Shown: positions 52,918 through 63,391, numbered from the stretch's first letter. The stretch is DNA of 64,000 nucleotides from Gammaproteobacteria bacterium (GCA_963662545.2 CAXXLL010000002.1:544001-608000); one strand, 5' to 3'. A program made the numbers and translations. The notes: generated by a model from the sequence alone, not told the origin.

Positions 52918-53613
52918 ATGAACAAGCTGGAACAATCCGTACGGGTAATAGATATCGTTGCGGCAACAGCCCTGGACGCAGTAAAAACCTGGTCATGGTG
53001 TATAACACCGATGACCAAGGCCAGCGGTCAGGCCTATATTTTGCAGCATATTCTTCGTAACCGTTTTTTCAGCGCCGTGATGCGCCCGGCCTGGATGAGT
53101 CGCTGTCCGGATTTAAAAATTGTACGCAGGACCATCGGTCAGATGTGTGAAGAACTGGTGTTCGATCCGGCCATAAAGGCAGCGCATACCAAGATCCTTT
53201 GGGAGATGGGACGCAATACCGGATTAACCGATGAGCAGATGGAAAACGTTGTTCCAGAAACTGGCACCGCTGCTTCGTTTGCCATTATGGAAAACCTGGC
53301 CCGTAACTGGCACTGGACCGTCGGGTGGATTGGTTCTTCCATCGACGAATTTGTATTGGTCCAGATGGAAGACCATAACTTTCGGCCACATAAGTGGCAG
53401 GAGGCATTTGACCTGAGCAAGGAGGAGGTTTTCTTTTTTGAGTATCATCTGACTGCTGATCTTGAGCACGCGGGTAAAAAAATTTGGGAGCCCATGCAGT
53501 CATATATCAATAACGAGGTGGAAGCAGAAATCCTGCGGGCATTACCGTTGGTGATGGAGGCACAACGGCTCTTCTATTGCGGGGTTGAATCACAAGCGCA
53601 ACGTATTGAGTAA
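52918..53613 (+). CDS. heme-oxygenase-like (TenA/PqqC/CADD-type) diiron redox protein
   Basis: EEL...H and FFEYHLTADLEH ligand pattern, S..CPD motif. Confidence 0.65.
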   Translation: MNKLEQSVRVIDIVAATALDAVKTWSWCITPMTKASGQAYILQHILRNRFFSAVMRPAWMSRCPDLKIVRRTIGQMCEELVFDPAIKAAHTKILWEMGRNTGLTDEQMENVVPETGTAASFAIMENLARNWHWTVGWIGSSIDEFVLVQMEDHNFRPHKWQEAFDLSKEEVFFFEYHLTADLEHAGKKIWEPMQSYINNEVEAEILRALPLVMEAQRLFYCGVESQAQRIE

Positions 53614-53651
53614 GCTCCCACCTGATAAATATTTTTCTGTAGTCTCTAACC

Positions 53652-53782
53652 GATACTGTCAACTTAACCGATTTGAGGGCGTATTTAGCGCGCGCGGGAG
53701 GTTCTAAGTCATTGATTGTTAGGATCGGTACACGCTCGTTTCGCCCCAAATACGAGAAGTTCTACCTTAAGTTGACAGCACC
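53652..53782. mobile_element. IS6-like miniature element
   Basis: IRs GATACTGTCAACTTAA / TTAAGTTGACAGCACC, 131 bp, no ORF. Confidence 0.65.
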
Positions 53783-53833
53783 GCTCCGCATCAGACGGTA
53801 AAATTCGCACATGGACGGAAAGAACCGAGCCCA

Positions 53834-55018
53834 ATGAACCGGCCAGAAGACCTAACGCGCGGTGCGTTAGTTGAGCGCGCGCTCTCGGTGGCGGATATGG
53901 TGCGTGAATTCGAGCAAGAAAGTGATCTTATGCGGGTGTTGCGCCCTCAGAGTGTGAAAGCTCTGCGCGACGCCGAACTATTCAAAGTTATTCAGCCACA
54001 ACGTATTGGCGGATTCGAAATGGATTTGCCGACGCTCCATGCGGTCACCATGGCACTTGGCACTGGTTGCGCTGCAACAGGATGGGTCTACCTCGTTACC
54101 GGCGCCCACACTTGGGTCTTGGGGATGTTTCCCGAGGCCGCGCAGGATGAGTTGAAAGCGGACGATCCGGATACCTTCATTCCAGGCACTTTGGCTTCTC
54201 AGGGCAAAGCGCAAATCGTCGACGGTGGCGTCCGCATCAGCGGTCGTTGGCAGTTTGCGAGTGGCTGCGATTACGGACGTTGGGGGTTATTCGCTGCAGT
54301 GCGATCCGATTCCACCCCCGAAGATCCCAAGCACGTCCACGTGCTCGTCCCGAACACGGATTACATGATTGAAGATACGTGGTACACGATGGGTCTGCGC
54401 GGCACCGGTAGCAAGGATGTAATCATGGACGATGTTTTCGTGCCCGCGTATCGAACCATGCCAACGGGCGATCTCTTCAATGGTATAAGCGAAGCCGCCT
54501 GTGCGCATCATAGTTTCGTCTATCAGTTCCCGGTGTTGAGTTCGCTTACTTACCTGTTAACCGCGCCGGTGCTTTCACTTGCCCGGCGCATATATGCCGA
54601 ATATATCGACATGACTGTATCCAGACGCGATCGCTACGATGGTTCTTCCAAAATGAAGAAGGCGCCGGTACATTTGCGCATCGCTGAATCTTGGGCTGAA
54701 ATCCAAAGCGCGGAGCTGATGGTGCAAGATATTTCGCGTATCTTCGATACGGCGCTGGCGAAACGTGAACGATTCGATATCGATACACGGGTTGAAGTGA
54801 AATGGCGTGCGAGCTACGCGATTCATCTATGCCGCCGTGCGGCAGATCGTCTATTCGATTCGGCCGGAGCCAATTCTATTTACGACCGATCAGCGCTGCT
54901 GCCACTCGTCCAGAGCTTGCACACTGCATCGCACCATGCGGCTACCGATTTTGACAATAATGCGACCAGCTTTGGCAGTCAGAAACTAGGGCTTGGCCCA
55001 GGCACGTGGCTCGTCTAG
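53834..55018 (+). CDS. flavin-dependent monooxygenase oxygenase subunit (acyl-CoA dehydrogenase fold, HsaA/HpaH-like)
   Basis: QPQRIGGFE, SGRWQFASGCD, DTW.TMGLRGTGSKD, C-terminal HHA. Confidence 0.88.
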   Translation: MNRPEDLTRGALVERALSVADMVREFEQESDLMRVLRPQSVKALRDAELFKVIQPQRIGGFEMDLPTLHAVTMALGTGCAATGWVYLVTGAHTWVLGMFPEAAQDELKADDPDTFIPGTLASQGKAQIVDGGVRISGRWQFASGCDYGRWGLFAAVRSDSTPEDPKHVHVLVPNTDYMIEDTWYTMGLRGTGSKDVIMDDVFVPAYRTMPTGDLFNGISEAACAHHSFVYQFPVLSSLTYLLTAPVLSLARRIYAEYIDMTVSRRDRYDGSSKMKKAPVHLRIAESWAEIQSAELMVQDISRIFDTALAKRERFDIDTRVEVKWRASYAIHLCRRAADRLFDSAGANSIYDRSALLPLVQSLHTASHHAATDFDNNATSFGSQKLGLGPGTWLV

Positions 55019-55162
55019 ATGCGTTCGGCGTAGCCTCGGTATTGGACGCCGACGACCGGGGCATTGAATAGGTCACCGGTTACCGAAAAAGGAGATGGAG
55101 GGAATAATTTTTAATTCCTCCGTCACCTTTTCTCAACGACACGTTTTTTGGGAGGCGCGGTG

Positions 55163-56569
55163 ATGACGGATAAACCCACTAACGCAATGGGCAAGTCCCG
55201 CGCACGAACACGGGCGGGTGTCGATTGGTCGCGGCAAGAGATCCTCGATCTGGTTGATCACGACGGCAGCAGCATCGACCCCGCAATCTACAGCGACCCG
55301 GAGATCTACGAGTTGGAGTTGGAGCGTATCTTCGGTCGGGCGTGGCTCTTTCTTGCCCATGAAACGCAAATTCCGAATGCCGGGGATTTCGTTACCACCT
55401 ACATGGGTGAGGATCCGATCATCGTCGTACGTCAGAAAGACCATCAGGTCATCGCGTTTCTCAACCAATGCCGACATCGTGGTATGCGGCTATGCTCTGC
55501 TGACTTCGGTAACGCCAAGGCATTCAGCTGTCGTTACCACGGTTGGTCATATGGTTTAGGCGGCAATCTCGCGATCGTACCCTTTGAGAAAGAGGCCTAT
55601 CACGGCGAGATCAATCGCGACGCCTTGGGTCTGTTCAAGGTTCCGAGGATCGAGCATTACAAAGGGCTCATTTTCGGCACCTGGGATGAGTCGGCACCGT
55701 CGCTATTGGATTACCTGGGAGAGGTCGCGTGGTATCTCGACGTTTTTCTTGATCGGTCCGAAGAAGGTACCGAGGTCATCGGGGGGATGCACAAGTGGGT
55801 GATTGCTTGCAATTGGAAATTCGCCGCCGAGCAATTCTGCAGCGACATGTACCACGTGCCGATCGCACACATGTCACCAATGATGGCGCAGCTGCCGCCG
55901 AATGCCTCGCCCGCCGACGCGGCGATGCCGATGGAAGGTGTACAGTTCCGCGCCGCTTACGGTGGGCACGGTTGCGGATTCTTCACTGATCTAGAGGCCG
56001 GCGGGCGGGTGCTGGCGTCGGTGGTCGGTGAGAAGGCGGCGGCGTATTACTTGCATACGGCGCGAGACAAGGTTCGCGCCCGGCTTGGCGCTGCGCGGGC
56101 CGACAAAATTGTCGCAAATCACACTACTGTTTTCCCGAACCTGTCGTTCCTCCCGGGCATTCAGGCGATGCGGACCTGGCACCCGCGCGGGCCTGGCGAG
56201 ATCGAGGTGTGGGCGCTGACGGTGGTTGACCGGGATTTTCCAGATGAGATCAAAGAGGCCTACCGCACTGGCGTCTTGCGGACATTCAGTGCGGGGGGCA
56301 TTTTCGAGCAGGATGACGGCGAGAATTGGTCCGAGATCCAGCGCGTCCTGCGCGGTCGCAAAGCGCGCGAAGGACGCTTCCATATCGGTATGGGCAAGGG
56401 CTACGCGCGGCGCGATCACGCCGATTTCCCCGGTACGACGAACTACGTTTATGGCGAGGAGGCGGCGCGCGGTTTCTACAGCCATTGGGCTCGGATGTTG
56501 GCGGCAGACGGGTGGGACGAACTGTGCCGTGATCACGAACTTGACGATGGACGTGTGAACGCGGAGTAG
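55163..56569 (+). CDS. Rieske aromatic ring-hydroxylating dioxygenase alpha subunit (biphenyl/toluene group)
   Basis: NQCRHRG...CRYHGW Rieske motif; [15 protein letters not shown]....H; FEQDDGENW. Confidence 0.95.
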   Translation: MTDKPTNAMGKSRARTRAGVDWSRQEILDLVDHDGSSIDPAIYSDPEIYELELERIFGRAWLFLAHETQIPNAGDFVTTYMGEDPIIVVRQKDHQVIAFLNQCRHRGMRLCSADFGNAKAFSCRYHGWSYGLGGNLAIVPFEKEAYHGEINRDALGLFKVPRIEHYKGLIFGTWDESAPSLLDYLGEVAWYLDVFLDRSEEGTEVIGGMHKWVIACNWKFAAEQFCSDMYHVPIAHMSPMMAQLPPNASPADAAMPMEGVQFRAAYGGHGCGFFTDLEAGGRVLASVVGEKAAAYYLHTARDKVRARLGAARADKIVANHTTVFPNLSFLPGIQAMRTWHPRGPGEIEVWALTVVDRDFPDEIKEAYRTGVLRTFSAGGIFEQDDGENWSEIQRVLRGRKAREGRFHIGMGKGYARRDHADFPGTTNYVYGEEAARGFYSHWARMLAADGWDELCRDHELDDGRVNAE

Positions 56570-56571
56570 CT

Positions 56572-57108
56572 ATGACCGAGCTTACACGGCAACCCGTATC
56601 GTTCGAATTCCAACACAGAGTCGAGCAGTTTCTTTACGGCGAAGCGAACCTGCTCGATGAGCGGCGGTATCATGAGTGGTTCGATCTGCTCGCCGACGAC
56701 ATTCGTTACTGGATGCCGGTGCGGTTCAATCGACTGCGGCAGGATATCGATCATGAATTCGCAGGCGCGAACGAGGTCGCGCATTTCGACGAGGACAAAT
56801 CGTCGATGCGGGTCCGTATCAAACGCCTGGCTACCGGGCGGGCGTGGGCCGAGGAGCCGCCGTCGCGGACGCGGCACATGGTGAGTAACGTACGGGTCGC
56901 GCCGTCGGACGCGGCAGACGGGTTTACGGTGCACTGTAGTTTCCTTTTGTATCGCTCGAGGGGCGAACGCCAGGTCGACATGTTCGTTGGTAGGCGCGAG
57001 GATGTGCTGCGGCACTCCGACAACCCTTATGGATTCCAAATCGCCCGACGCACCATCTACCTGGATCAGACACTGCTGACCGCCAATAACCTGAGTGTTT
57101 TCTTTTGA
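56572..57108 (+). CDS. ring-hydroxylating dioxygenase beta subunit
   Basis: EQFLY.EA.LLD, WAEEPPSRTRH, ANNLSVFF. Confidence 0.95.
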   Translation: MTELTRQPVSFEFQHRVEQFLYGEANLLDERRYHEWFDLLADDIRYWMPVRFNRLRQDIDHEFAGANEVAHFDEDKSSMRVRIKRLATGRAWAEEPPSRTRHMVSNVRVAPSDAADGFTVHCSFLLYRSRGERQVDMFVGRREDVLRHSDNPYGFQIARRTIYLDQTLLTANNLSVFF

Positions 57109-57169
57109 TCGGCGGCTCCAGGCATCGGGTCATTCCGCAGGGAATGTTTGAAGAGGACGGGACGGGTTA

Positions 57170-57658
57170 ATGGACCTGGGTGCAATCGGCGAGCTGGAAC
57201 TCCAGTATCGCGTAGAACGTCTGCTCGCGGATTACGCGCATTGCATCGATGATGACCGTCTGGAATCCTGGCCGGACCTTTTTGTCGATGACTGTGTCTA
57301 TAAGATCATCTCCAAGGAAAACGCGGATCGCGGTATGCCGATCGCCGCGATATTTTGCGATTCCAAAGGCATGCTGGTTGACCGCATTGTTTCGTTGCGG
57401 CGAGCGAATGTGTACGAGCGGCACCACTATCGCCATATCATCAGCGCGGTCGTCGTGCGGGAAGTTCGCGACGATGTCATAGACGTACACAGCAATTACG
57501 TCGTATATCGAACACGCACCAACGGCCACACGGAGGTCTACAACAGCGGCAAATATATGGACAAAGTAGTCCTGGTCGATGATCGGTTGATATTTAGGGA
57601 AAAGATCGTAATGTTTGATACAAACCGCGTCGATACACTGCTTGTGACTCCGTTATAG
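57170..57658 (+). CDS. ring-hydroxylating oxygenase beta subunit (salicylate/anthranilate group)
   Basis: YAHCIDDD.LE.WPD.F, GML.DRI.SLR.AN, TLLVTPL. Confidence 0.9.
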   Translation: MDLGAIGELELQYRVERLLADYAHCIDDDRLESWPDLFVDDCVYKIISKENADRGMPIAAIFCDSKGMLVDRIVSLRRANVYERHHYRHIISAVVVREVRDDVIDVHSNYVVYRTRTNGHTEVYNSGKYMDKVVLVDDRLIFREKIVMFDTNRVDTLLVTPL

Positions 57659-57665
57659 GGAAGCC

Positions 57666-58931
57666 ATGGTCATAAAATCATCGCAATCGATATTGCCCAA
57701 TCTACGCAGCTGGCCCGAGGTCGACACCGGTTGTGTGGTGCCATACGAGGTCTTTACCGATACGCACTACTTCTATCGGGAGCAGACGAGCATCTTTCGC
57801 GGCAACACCTGGAACTTCGTCGGGCTCGAGGCCGAGCTGCCGAACACCGGTGATTATAAGACGACCTTCATCGGTGAGACGCCGGTGTTGATCACGCGCG
57901 ACGACAAGGGCGCTGTCAACGTGATGCAGAACCGTTGTGCGCACCGCGGGGCACTGGTGTGCCGCGAGCCGAGGGGTAACGTACGGCGTCTGCAATGCGT
58001 CTATCATCAGTGGACCTACAATCTGCACGGGAAGCTGCTCGGTGTGCCGTTTCGGGATGGGGTGCGCGGCAAGGGCGGTATGCCCGACTCCTTCGACATG
58101 GCTGAACACGGTCTCGACGCCCTGCGTGTCGAGACGATCAACGGTCTCGTCTTTGCCAGCTTCTCAGCGACGGTCGAGCCGCTGTGCGCATATCTCGGTC
58201 CGATGGTGGTCGCAAACATCGAGCGGATATTCAACCGCCCCATCACGATCCTCGGCGACCAGCGGCAGTACATACACGGCAACTGGAAACTCTATGCAGA
58301 GAACACTCGCGATCCCTACCATGCCAGTCTCCTGCACCTGTTTCACAACACTTTCGGGCTGTATCGCGCGTCGCAACTGGGCGGCTGCGTCATGGACGAG
58401 GGGCAACGACACGCGAATATCTACACCCGGAGTGAGACCGGTGACACGCAGATTGACGACGAGATTTACAAAGATAGCCGCAGTTATGACAACAGCTTCT
58501 CGCTCGAAGACCCGTCGCTACTCGCCGGGCGCGCGGAATTTGATGACGGGATCACACTGATGATCCTGTCGGTATTTCCTAATCTCGTTGTCCAGCAAAT
58601 CGCCAATACCCTTGCGGTGCGCCAGATCGTCACCGACGGGGTCAACGGCTTTGAACTCGTGTGGACACATTTCGGGTATGCCGACGATGACGAGGAGATG
58701 CAGCGGATCCGGATCAAACAGTCGAACCTGATCGGGCCGGCGGGTTTGATTTCGATGGAAGACGGGGAGGCGATCGAACTTGTGCAGCGCGGGGTGGCCC
58801 GCGATCAGGACAAGGCCTCCTACATCGCGATGGGCGGCGGCCACGCCGAGGACGCCGAACACCTGGTCACCGAATCGGCGGTCATCGGTTTTTGGAATTG
58901 CTACAAATCGCTGCTCGGGATCGCGGCATGA
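57666..58931 (+). CDS. Rieske oxygenase alpha subunit (salicylate/anthranilate hydroxylase group)
   Basis: NRCAHRG...CVYHQW; NWKLYAEN.RDPYHASLLH; GPAGLISMEDGE. Confidence 0.93.
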   Translation: MVIKSSQSILPNLRSWPEVDTGCVVPYEVFTDTHYFYREQTSIFRGNTWNFVGLEAELPNTGDYKTTFIGETPVLITRDDKGAVNVMQNRCAHRGALVCREPRGNVRRLQCVYHQWTYNLHGKLLGVPFRDGVRGKGGMPDSFDMAEHGLDALRVETINGLVFASFSATVEPLCAYLGPMVVANIERIFNRPITILGDQRQYIHGNWKLYAENTRDPYHASLLHLFHNTFGLYRASQLGGCVMDEGQRHANIYTRSETGDTQIDDEIYKDSRSYDNSFSLEDPSLLAGRAEFDDGITLMILSVFPNLVVQQIANTLAVRQIVTDGVNGFELVWTHFGYADDDEEMQRIRIKQSNLIGPAGLISMEDGEAIELVQRGVARDQDKASYIAMGGGHAEDAEHLVTESAVIGFWNCYKSLLGIAA

Positions 58932-58982
58932 CGGTTTGAAGGACGGGCGAGTACGCCCGGTGAACGCGAGGAGCGAAGCAAG

Positions 58983-59597
58983 ATGAGCTTATGGCTGGAG
59001 ATGCTGGGCGCCACCGTCCGGTTTGTGGATACGAAATCGTTTGGCGGCACGCGTATCGCAGAGGCCGGCACGCATAATGAACAAACCGTCATCTTCATGC
59101 ACGGGATAGGCGGCCACCTCGAGGCCTACGCGAAAAATATTGTCACCATGTCCAATCGATTCCATACCGTCGCCTACGACTACGTCGGGCACGGGCTCTC
59201 CAACAAGATGGTGATGGACTATTCGCCGCTGCTGCTGGTGTAGCACCTCAGTGAGCTGATGGACTCGCTCGGGCTCGAGAAGGCGCACCTCTCCGGCGAG
59301 TCACTTGGTGGCTGGGTCGGCGGCCTTTTCGCGGGACAATACCCGGAGCGCGTCGAGCGTTTGATTTTAAATACGTCCGCGGGTCTGCCGATTATCATAG
59401 ACAAAGGCCGGCAGGATCTGCAGGAACTCATCGAACTCAGCCAGAAAGCCGCTACGCAGGGGCCACCGACCTACGAGAGTGTCAAGAATCGTATGAAATG
59501 GCTCTTCCACCCCAACAACCACGACATGATCACCGACGAGTTGGTGAACACCCGTCTCAGCTTCTATTCAATAAGCGGGCCCTTCCTGGTCGCGTAG
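58983..59597 (+). pseudogene. alpha/beta hydrolase (meta-cleavage product hydrolase-like) with in-frame TAG and probable 3' truncation
   Basis: HGIGGH and GESLGG in the same frame across TAG at 59241-59243; catalytic Asp/His region not present. Confidence 0.85.
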
Positions 59598-59678
59598 AAC
59601 GCTAATTCCAACGGCAATTGCGGCGTTCTTCAGGCACCAGCCGCCGTCGCCTCTGAATACTATCTAAAATGCTTTTTC

Positions 59679-61397
59679 TCAAGCGCGCATGATTTCAAGC
59701 AAGTACATTGTCATCACTTTCTGATCCCCGAATTTGAAATAAAAGGCATCCGATTCGTCCGCCACACGCGCGATTTGTACAGCGTTCTGCTCGAACACAT
59801 CGGAGAAGTTGTATAGATTGAAATCCAATACTCTGCTAGTAAAGCCCAGCTCGCGCAGGATGCTCTCGGTGCGGGCCTGACCGACCAGCGAAATCTGCAT
59901 CACGTATGCCACGCCATTCGTCCCCATCAGGGCTGGGAGCAGATTCAAAAAATGATCGAAGATGTTACGTCCCCAGTAGTCGACCGGGCGGTGGCGGCTG
60001 AGCTGGCCGCGCGGATCGGTCGGCATTTGATAAAGGCTGGCGACGACCACGTCGAACTGTGCATCAGGCACATAGGCGAGCAGGTCGACGACCTTGCCCC
60101 TGACCCGATCGGCGACGTCATTGCGAAACGCGTTGGTCAAGGTGTTCGCTACCGCGGCCTTGTCGATATCGAGGGCAACGACTTCGGATGCGCCGTTGAG
60201 CGCCAGTTGCACGCTGAGGATGCCGGCACCGCACCCGACGTCAATACAGCGCCGCTCCTTGCCGACGTTGGAATTGAACAGGTGCTTCCACGCCAGGTAA
60301 CTCCCCTGCGTGGGGACGAAGACGTCCGGATCGACGACGATCTCCGGCATCGGCAGCGGAAAGAGCGGCCGTGACTGCCCGCCGAGCCAGGGCTCTGGTG
60401 GCGGGCTGGCACGCGTAGTCGCGGCGCGCTCGGGGTGTATGGGAGTGGACGCTGCCGGCGTCGATGCCAGGGTTGTTGCGAGCGTCGCAATCTCGTCCGG
60501 GCCGACGCCGCAGCAACCGCCGATGATCTGCGCGCCTTCTTCACGCCATGCCAGCGCTTCTTGAGCGAAGGCGGCCGGCGTTGAATCCGCGTCGAACTGC
60601 CAGCCATTCTCGACCAGCCGGCCGAGGTTGGGATAGACGCCCAAAGGCAAAGATACGTAATCGCGCAACCAGCTAAGAGTACCGGCTACCCGCTCGATCG
60701 GCAGGCAGTTGATGAGGATGGCGCCGACGCCCATGCGTTCCAGTTTGCGCGCAAGACGGCCGAAGTAATCGCCTTCCGGCCCGCCCCAGAGCTGGCCATA
60801 GATCCCGCACACGCCGTCGCGGCAACGCCGGAAGCTGGTCCATACCGGCCACCCAGCGTCAAGCAGTAGCTCGATCGCGGCCAAGGTGTAATTGTCGTCG
60901 ATCAGCGAGACCGATTCGAACACGATGAGGTCGGGCGGACTGTCATCGAAGACCCGCAGCAGTAGTTCCACGGTCTCGAACTGCGACTCGGCTTCGATGT
61001 CGCCGCCGATACTGAATGCTACCGCGCAGCCGCTGTCGCCAGCCGCATCCCGTGCTAACGTCACCGCGGTGCGCGCGAGGTCCATCCACTGCAAGGGTTG
61101 CTGGTGCTGCGAGTCGTATAGGCTCGCGTATGACGGGGCGTCGATCACCGCGTAGGTATTCGTGGTGATGATCTCCGCGCCTGCGGCGATATAGCTGGCG
61201 TGCACGGCGCTCACCGCATGCGGTGACATTTCGAGTGCGTCAAAGCCCCAATGCGCGGCGTCGCTCAAACGGTAGCCTTTGACACCTTGCCGCTGCAGCT
61301 CGGTCGCGTTGGCGCCATCGAGGATAACGCATTCGCCCGCCGAGAGGCGGGCATGCACGGCCGTGTAAGTCGCTGATGCGGTGGCTCGTTGGTTCAT
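59679..61397 (-). CDS. homocysteine S-methyltransferase domain fused to class I SAM-dependent methyltransferase
   Basis: ILDGA.ATEL, AGAEIITTNTY, INC, GVYPN, IIGGCCGVGP; then DVGCGAGIL, ALDID. Confidence 0.88.
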   Translation of the reverse strand: MNQRATASATYTAVHARLSAGECVILDGANATELQRQGVKGYRLSDAAHWGFDALEMSPHAVSAVHASYIAAGAEIITTNTYAVIDAPSYASLYDSQHQQPLQWMDLARTAVTLARDAAGDSGCAVAFSIGGDIEAESQFETVELLLRVFDDSPPDLIVFESVSLIDDNYTLAAIELLLDAGWPVWTSFRRCRDGVCGIYGQLWGGPEGDYFGRLARKLERMGVGAILINCLPIERVAGTLSWLRDYVSLPLGVYPNLGRLVENGWQFDADSTPAAFAQEALAWREEGAQIIGGCCGVGPDEIATLATTLASTPAASTPIHPERAATTRASPPPEPWLGGQSRPLFPLPMPEIVVDPDVFVPTQGSYLAWKHLFNSNVGKERRCIDVGCGAGILSVQLALNGASEVVALDIDKAAVANTLTNAFRNDVADRVRGKVVDLLAYVPDAQFDVVVASLYQMPTDPRGQLSRHRPVDYWGRNIFDHFLNLLPALMGTNGVAYVMQISLVGQARTESILRELGFTSRVLDFNLYNFSDVFEQNAVQIARVADESDAFYFKFGDQKVMTMYLLEIMRA

Positions 61398-62043
61398 CGA
61401 ATCTCCCTTGGCATGTACTCACGCGTCGCAAGCCCGGTGCAAGCGAGTGCGCCGCAGTTCCGACGCGGCGGGCTCGGGCCTGATTCAGAGTGTAGCCCGG
61501 CTGATACGATTTTGAAGAGTGGCCGATGGTTGGCGCATTCAGTTTAATTGAGCTCAACGTTCGTTGTGGTCGTGGTTTTCTTCAACCCCGAGTATGCAAC
61601 AGCCTGCTGATGCCTGAGAGTCCAGAGATACGGCGCAAAGCCGACAAGATTGCCAGAGTGTTGGAGTGATACGCTGTCGGGATGCCGATTCTGAACTGGT
61701 CCATGCGATGGCAACCATTGCAAGCGCCATACAGCCGATGGGCCGTTGTCAGGTCTGCAAGCCGTGATATTCCGGCTCGTACCATGACCCGCCATATTAG
61801 CCCCATCACGCTGCCTTGGGAGCTATCGCCATGGATAAACGCTTTATCGCGTACCTTCGAGCCTGCGTAGGTATCGGTAACTTATACAGAGTAATACTCG
61901 GCTACTGGATTTGCGCGCGAGGGGCCGAAGCAGCGCCGTTAGAATCCACGACTATGTTTATGTTTGTTCTCATTGGGAACGCTGTAACGATGGCGATATT
62001 GCAGCGAGCGCTCTGGCCGAAGGAAAAAAGCGAGTAGCTAACG

Positions 62044-62682
62044 ATGCCGAGAACACACAAGGGCCGACCTCCAATCCTCATGACTGTAAGCGGCGTTACC
62101 AAACCATTACAGCATTGGGCGGCTGAAAACGGGCTGAATCTCAATACCCTCCGCAAGCGCCTCAAAAGAGGTTTATCCCCCGAAAAAGCAATTGCCACGC
62201 CGGCGCAAAACAAAACAAGGCTGATCACCATCGATGGTGATACCCGTTCGTTGGCAGATTGGCTGCTCCATTACAACCTTAGCGACGTGACGTTCTATCG
62301 GCGTATTGCCCGAGGCTATTCCGAACAGGATGCAATCACCACTCCGCTGCGCATTACGGCATTGCCTCGTGCTGACAAATACAACAAACCGCTCAAGGGA
62401 CGAGCAGGCGTCTATACCATCCGATGTAAACCAACCAGGCGATACTACATAGGGAGCAGCACAAACCTGCTGAGCGCAAAGGGTAGCTGGTCATCTAGCC
62501 TCAAAGCCCAAAGCAAACGCTCGTTGCCGAAGCGATTGTTGCCCGATTTGCTAAAACACGGTGCCAGCAGCTTTGAGTTCCGCGTCCTCAAGTTTTGTAA
62601 ATCCGACCGCACACAAACAAGGAAAACGACATTGTTACGCCAGGCACACAAGAAACATCCAGGAAAGCTCTATAACCCTTGA
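62044..62682 (+). CDS. phage-like protein with two HTH-like repeats and C-terminal GIY-YIG endonuclease
   Basis: GVTKPL..WA.E.GL...TL..RL.RG and GDTRSL.DW...Y.L...TF..RI.RG repeats; GVYTI...RYYIGSS. Confidence 0.7.
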   Translation: MPRTHKGRPPILMTVSGVTKPLQHWAAENGLNLNTLRKRLKRGLSPEKAIATPAQNKTRLITIDGDTRSLADWLLHYNLSDVTFYRRIARGYSEQDAITTPLRITALPRADKYNKPLKGRAGVYTIRCKPTRRYYIGSSTNLLSAKGSWSSSLKAQSKRSLPKRLLPDLLKHGASSFEFRVLKFCKSDRTQTRKTTLLRQAHKKHPGKLYNP

Positions 62683-62985
62683 AAAATCACCGTTCGGCAG
62701 TGGCCGCTTTAGCCGGAGAATTGGGAAAAGGAATGAGAAGCCGTTGTTTAAGCCTACGTCCGCTTACCCCGAAAGCAGCCATCACTGGCAATGCGCAATG
62801 CCTCACTTGACCATGGCGGCTGTCGGCCAACTCCGGACGTTCCAGCTCTCGCAACACGGCCCGTCGGTTATCGCGAAATGATTCGGCCGAGCTCCGAAAG
62901 TGGTGGCCCGGCTCAGCGCGCTGTATGGTTGCCCTGAAGCGCGCTTCCTGCTCCTATCTCCTGGGGGAGGGAGGGACTATCGAAC

Positions 62986-63255
62986 GTGAAATTTTCGGAA
63001 ATCATTGACCAAGCCAGCGACTTACTCCAGCGCAATGGACGGATCACGTACCGGGTGCTCAAGCGCGAGTTTGACCTCGATGATGCGCAGCTTGAGGACC
63101 TCAAAGAAGGTTTACTTTTTACTCACCCCGAGATTGAAGATGTCGATGGGCACGGGCTAGTGTTGACGAGCGGCGAGCGCAATCCGTACGGTGCAGTCGA
63201 ATGTCATAAAAGGGTCGGAGGTATCCTCAAGTGTTACTATCGGAGAGCGGCGTAA
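62986..63255 (+). pseudogene. chimeric stub: N-terminus resembling adenylate/guanylate cyclase-AAA proteins joined to an IS transposase tail
   Basis: LLQRNGRITYRVLKREFDLDD..LEDLK then GAVEC..RVGGILK.YYRRAA. Confidence 0.55.
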
Positions 63256-63391
63256 CGGTGGGCTGGGTTTTGCCACACTACGGGGGTTCCAGTCTATCCG
63301 GCAGCACCCTACTGGATGGAGGATGTGTTAAGCCCGCGCGATACGCGCCGTCCCTGCCTGATTGATCGATTTGTATTGCGATCGTCTGCCG

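Noticed and set aside
59241-59243. Pyrrolysine or programmed readthrough at TAG
   Set aside because: No pyl genes in the window, other genes use TAG as stop, and the gene also appears truncated.
61400-61560. SAM/SAH riboswitch upstream of the methyltransferase fusion
   Set aside because: I could not match SAM-I, SAM-II or SAH consensus features by eye.
62690-62850. GTCCGCTTACCCCGAAAGCAGCC hairpin-like motif as a cassette recombination site
   Set aside because: Single degenerate copy with no partner site or recombinase seen in the window.
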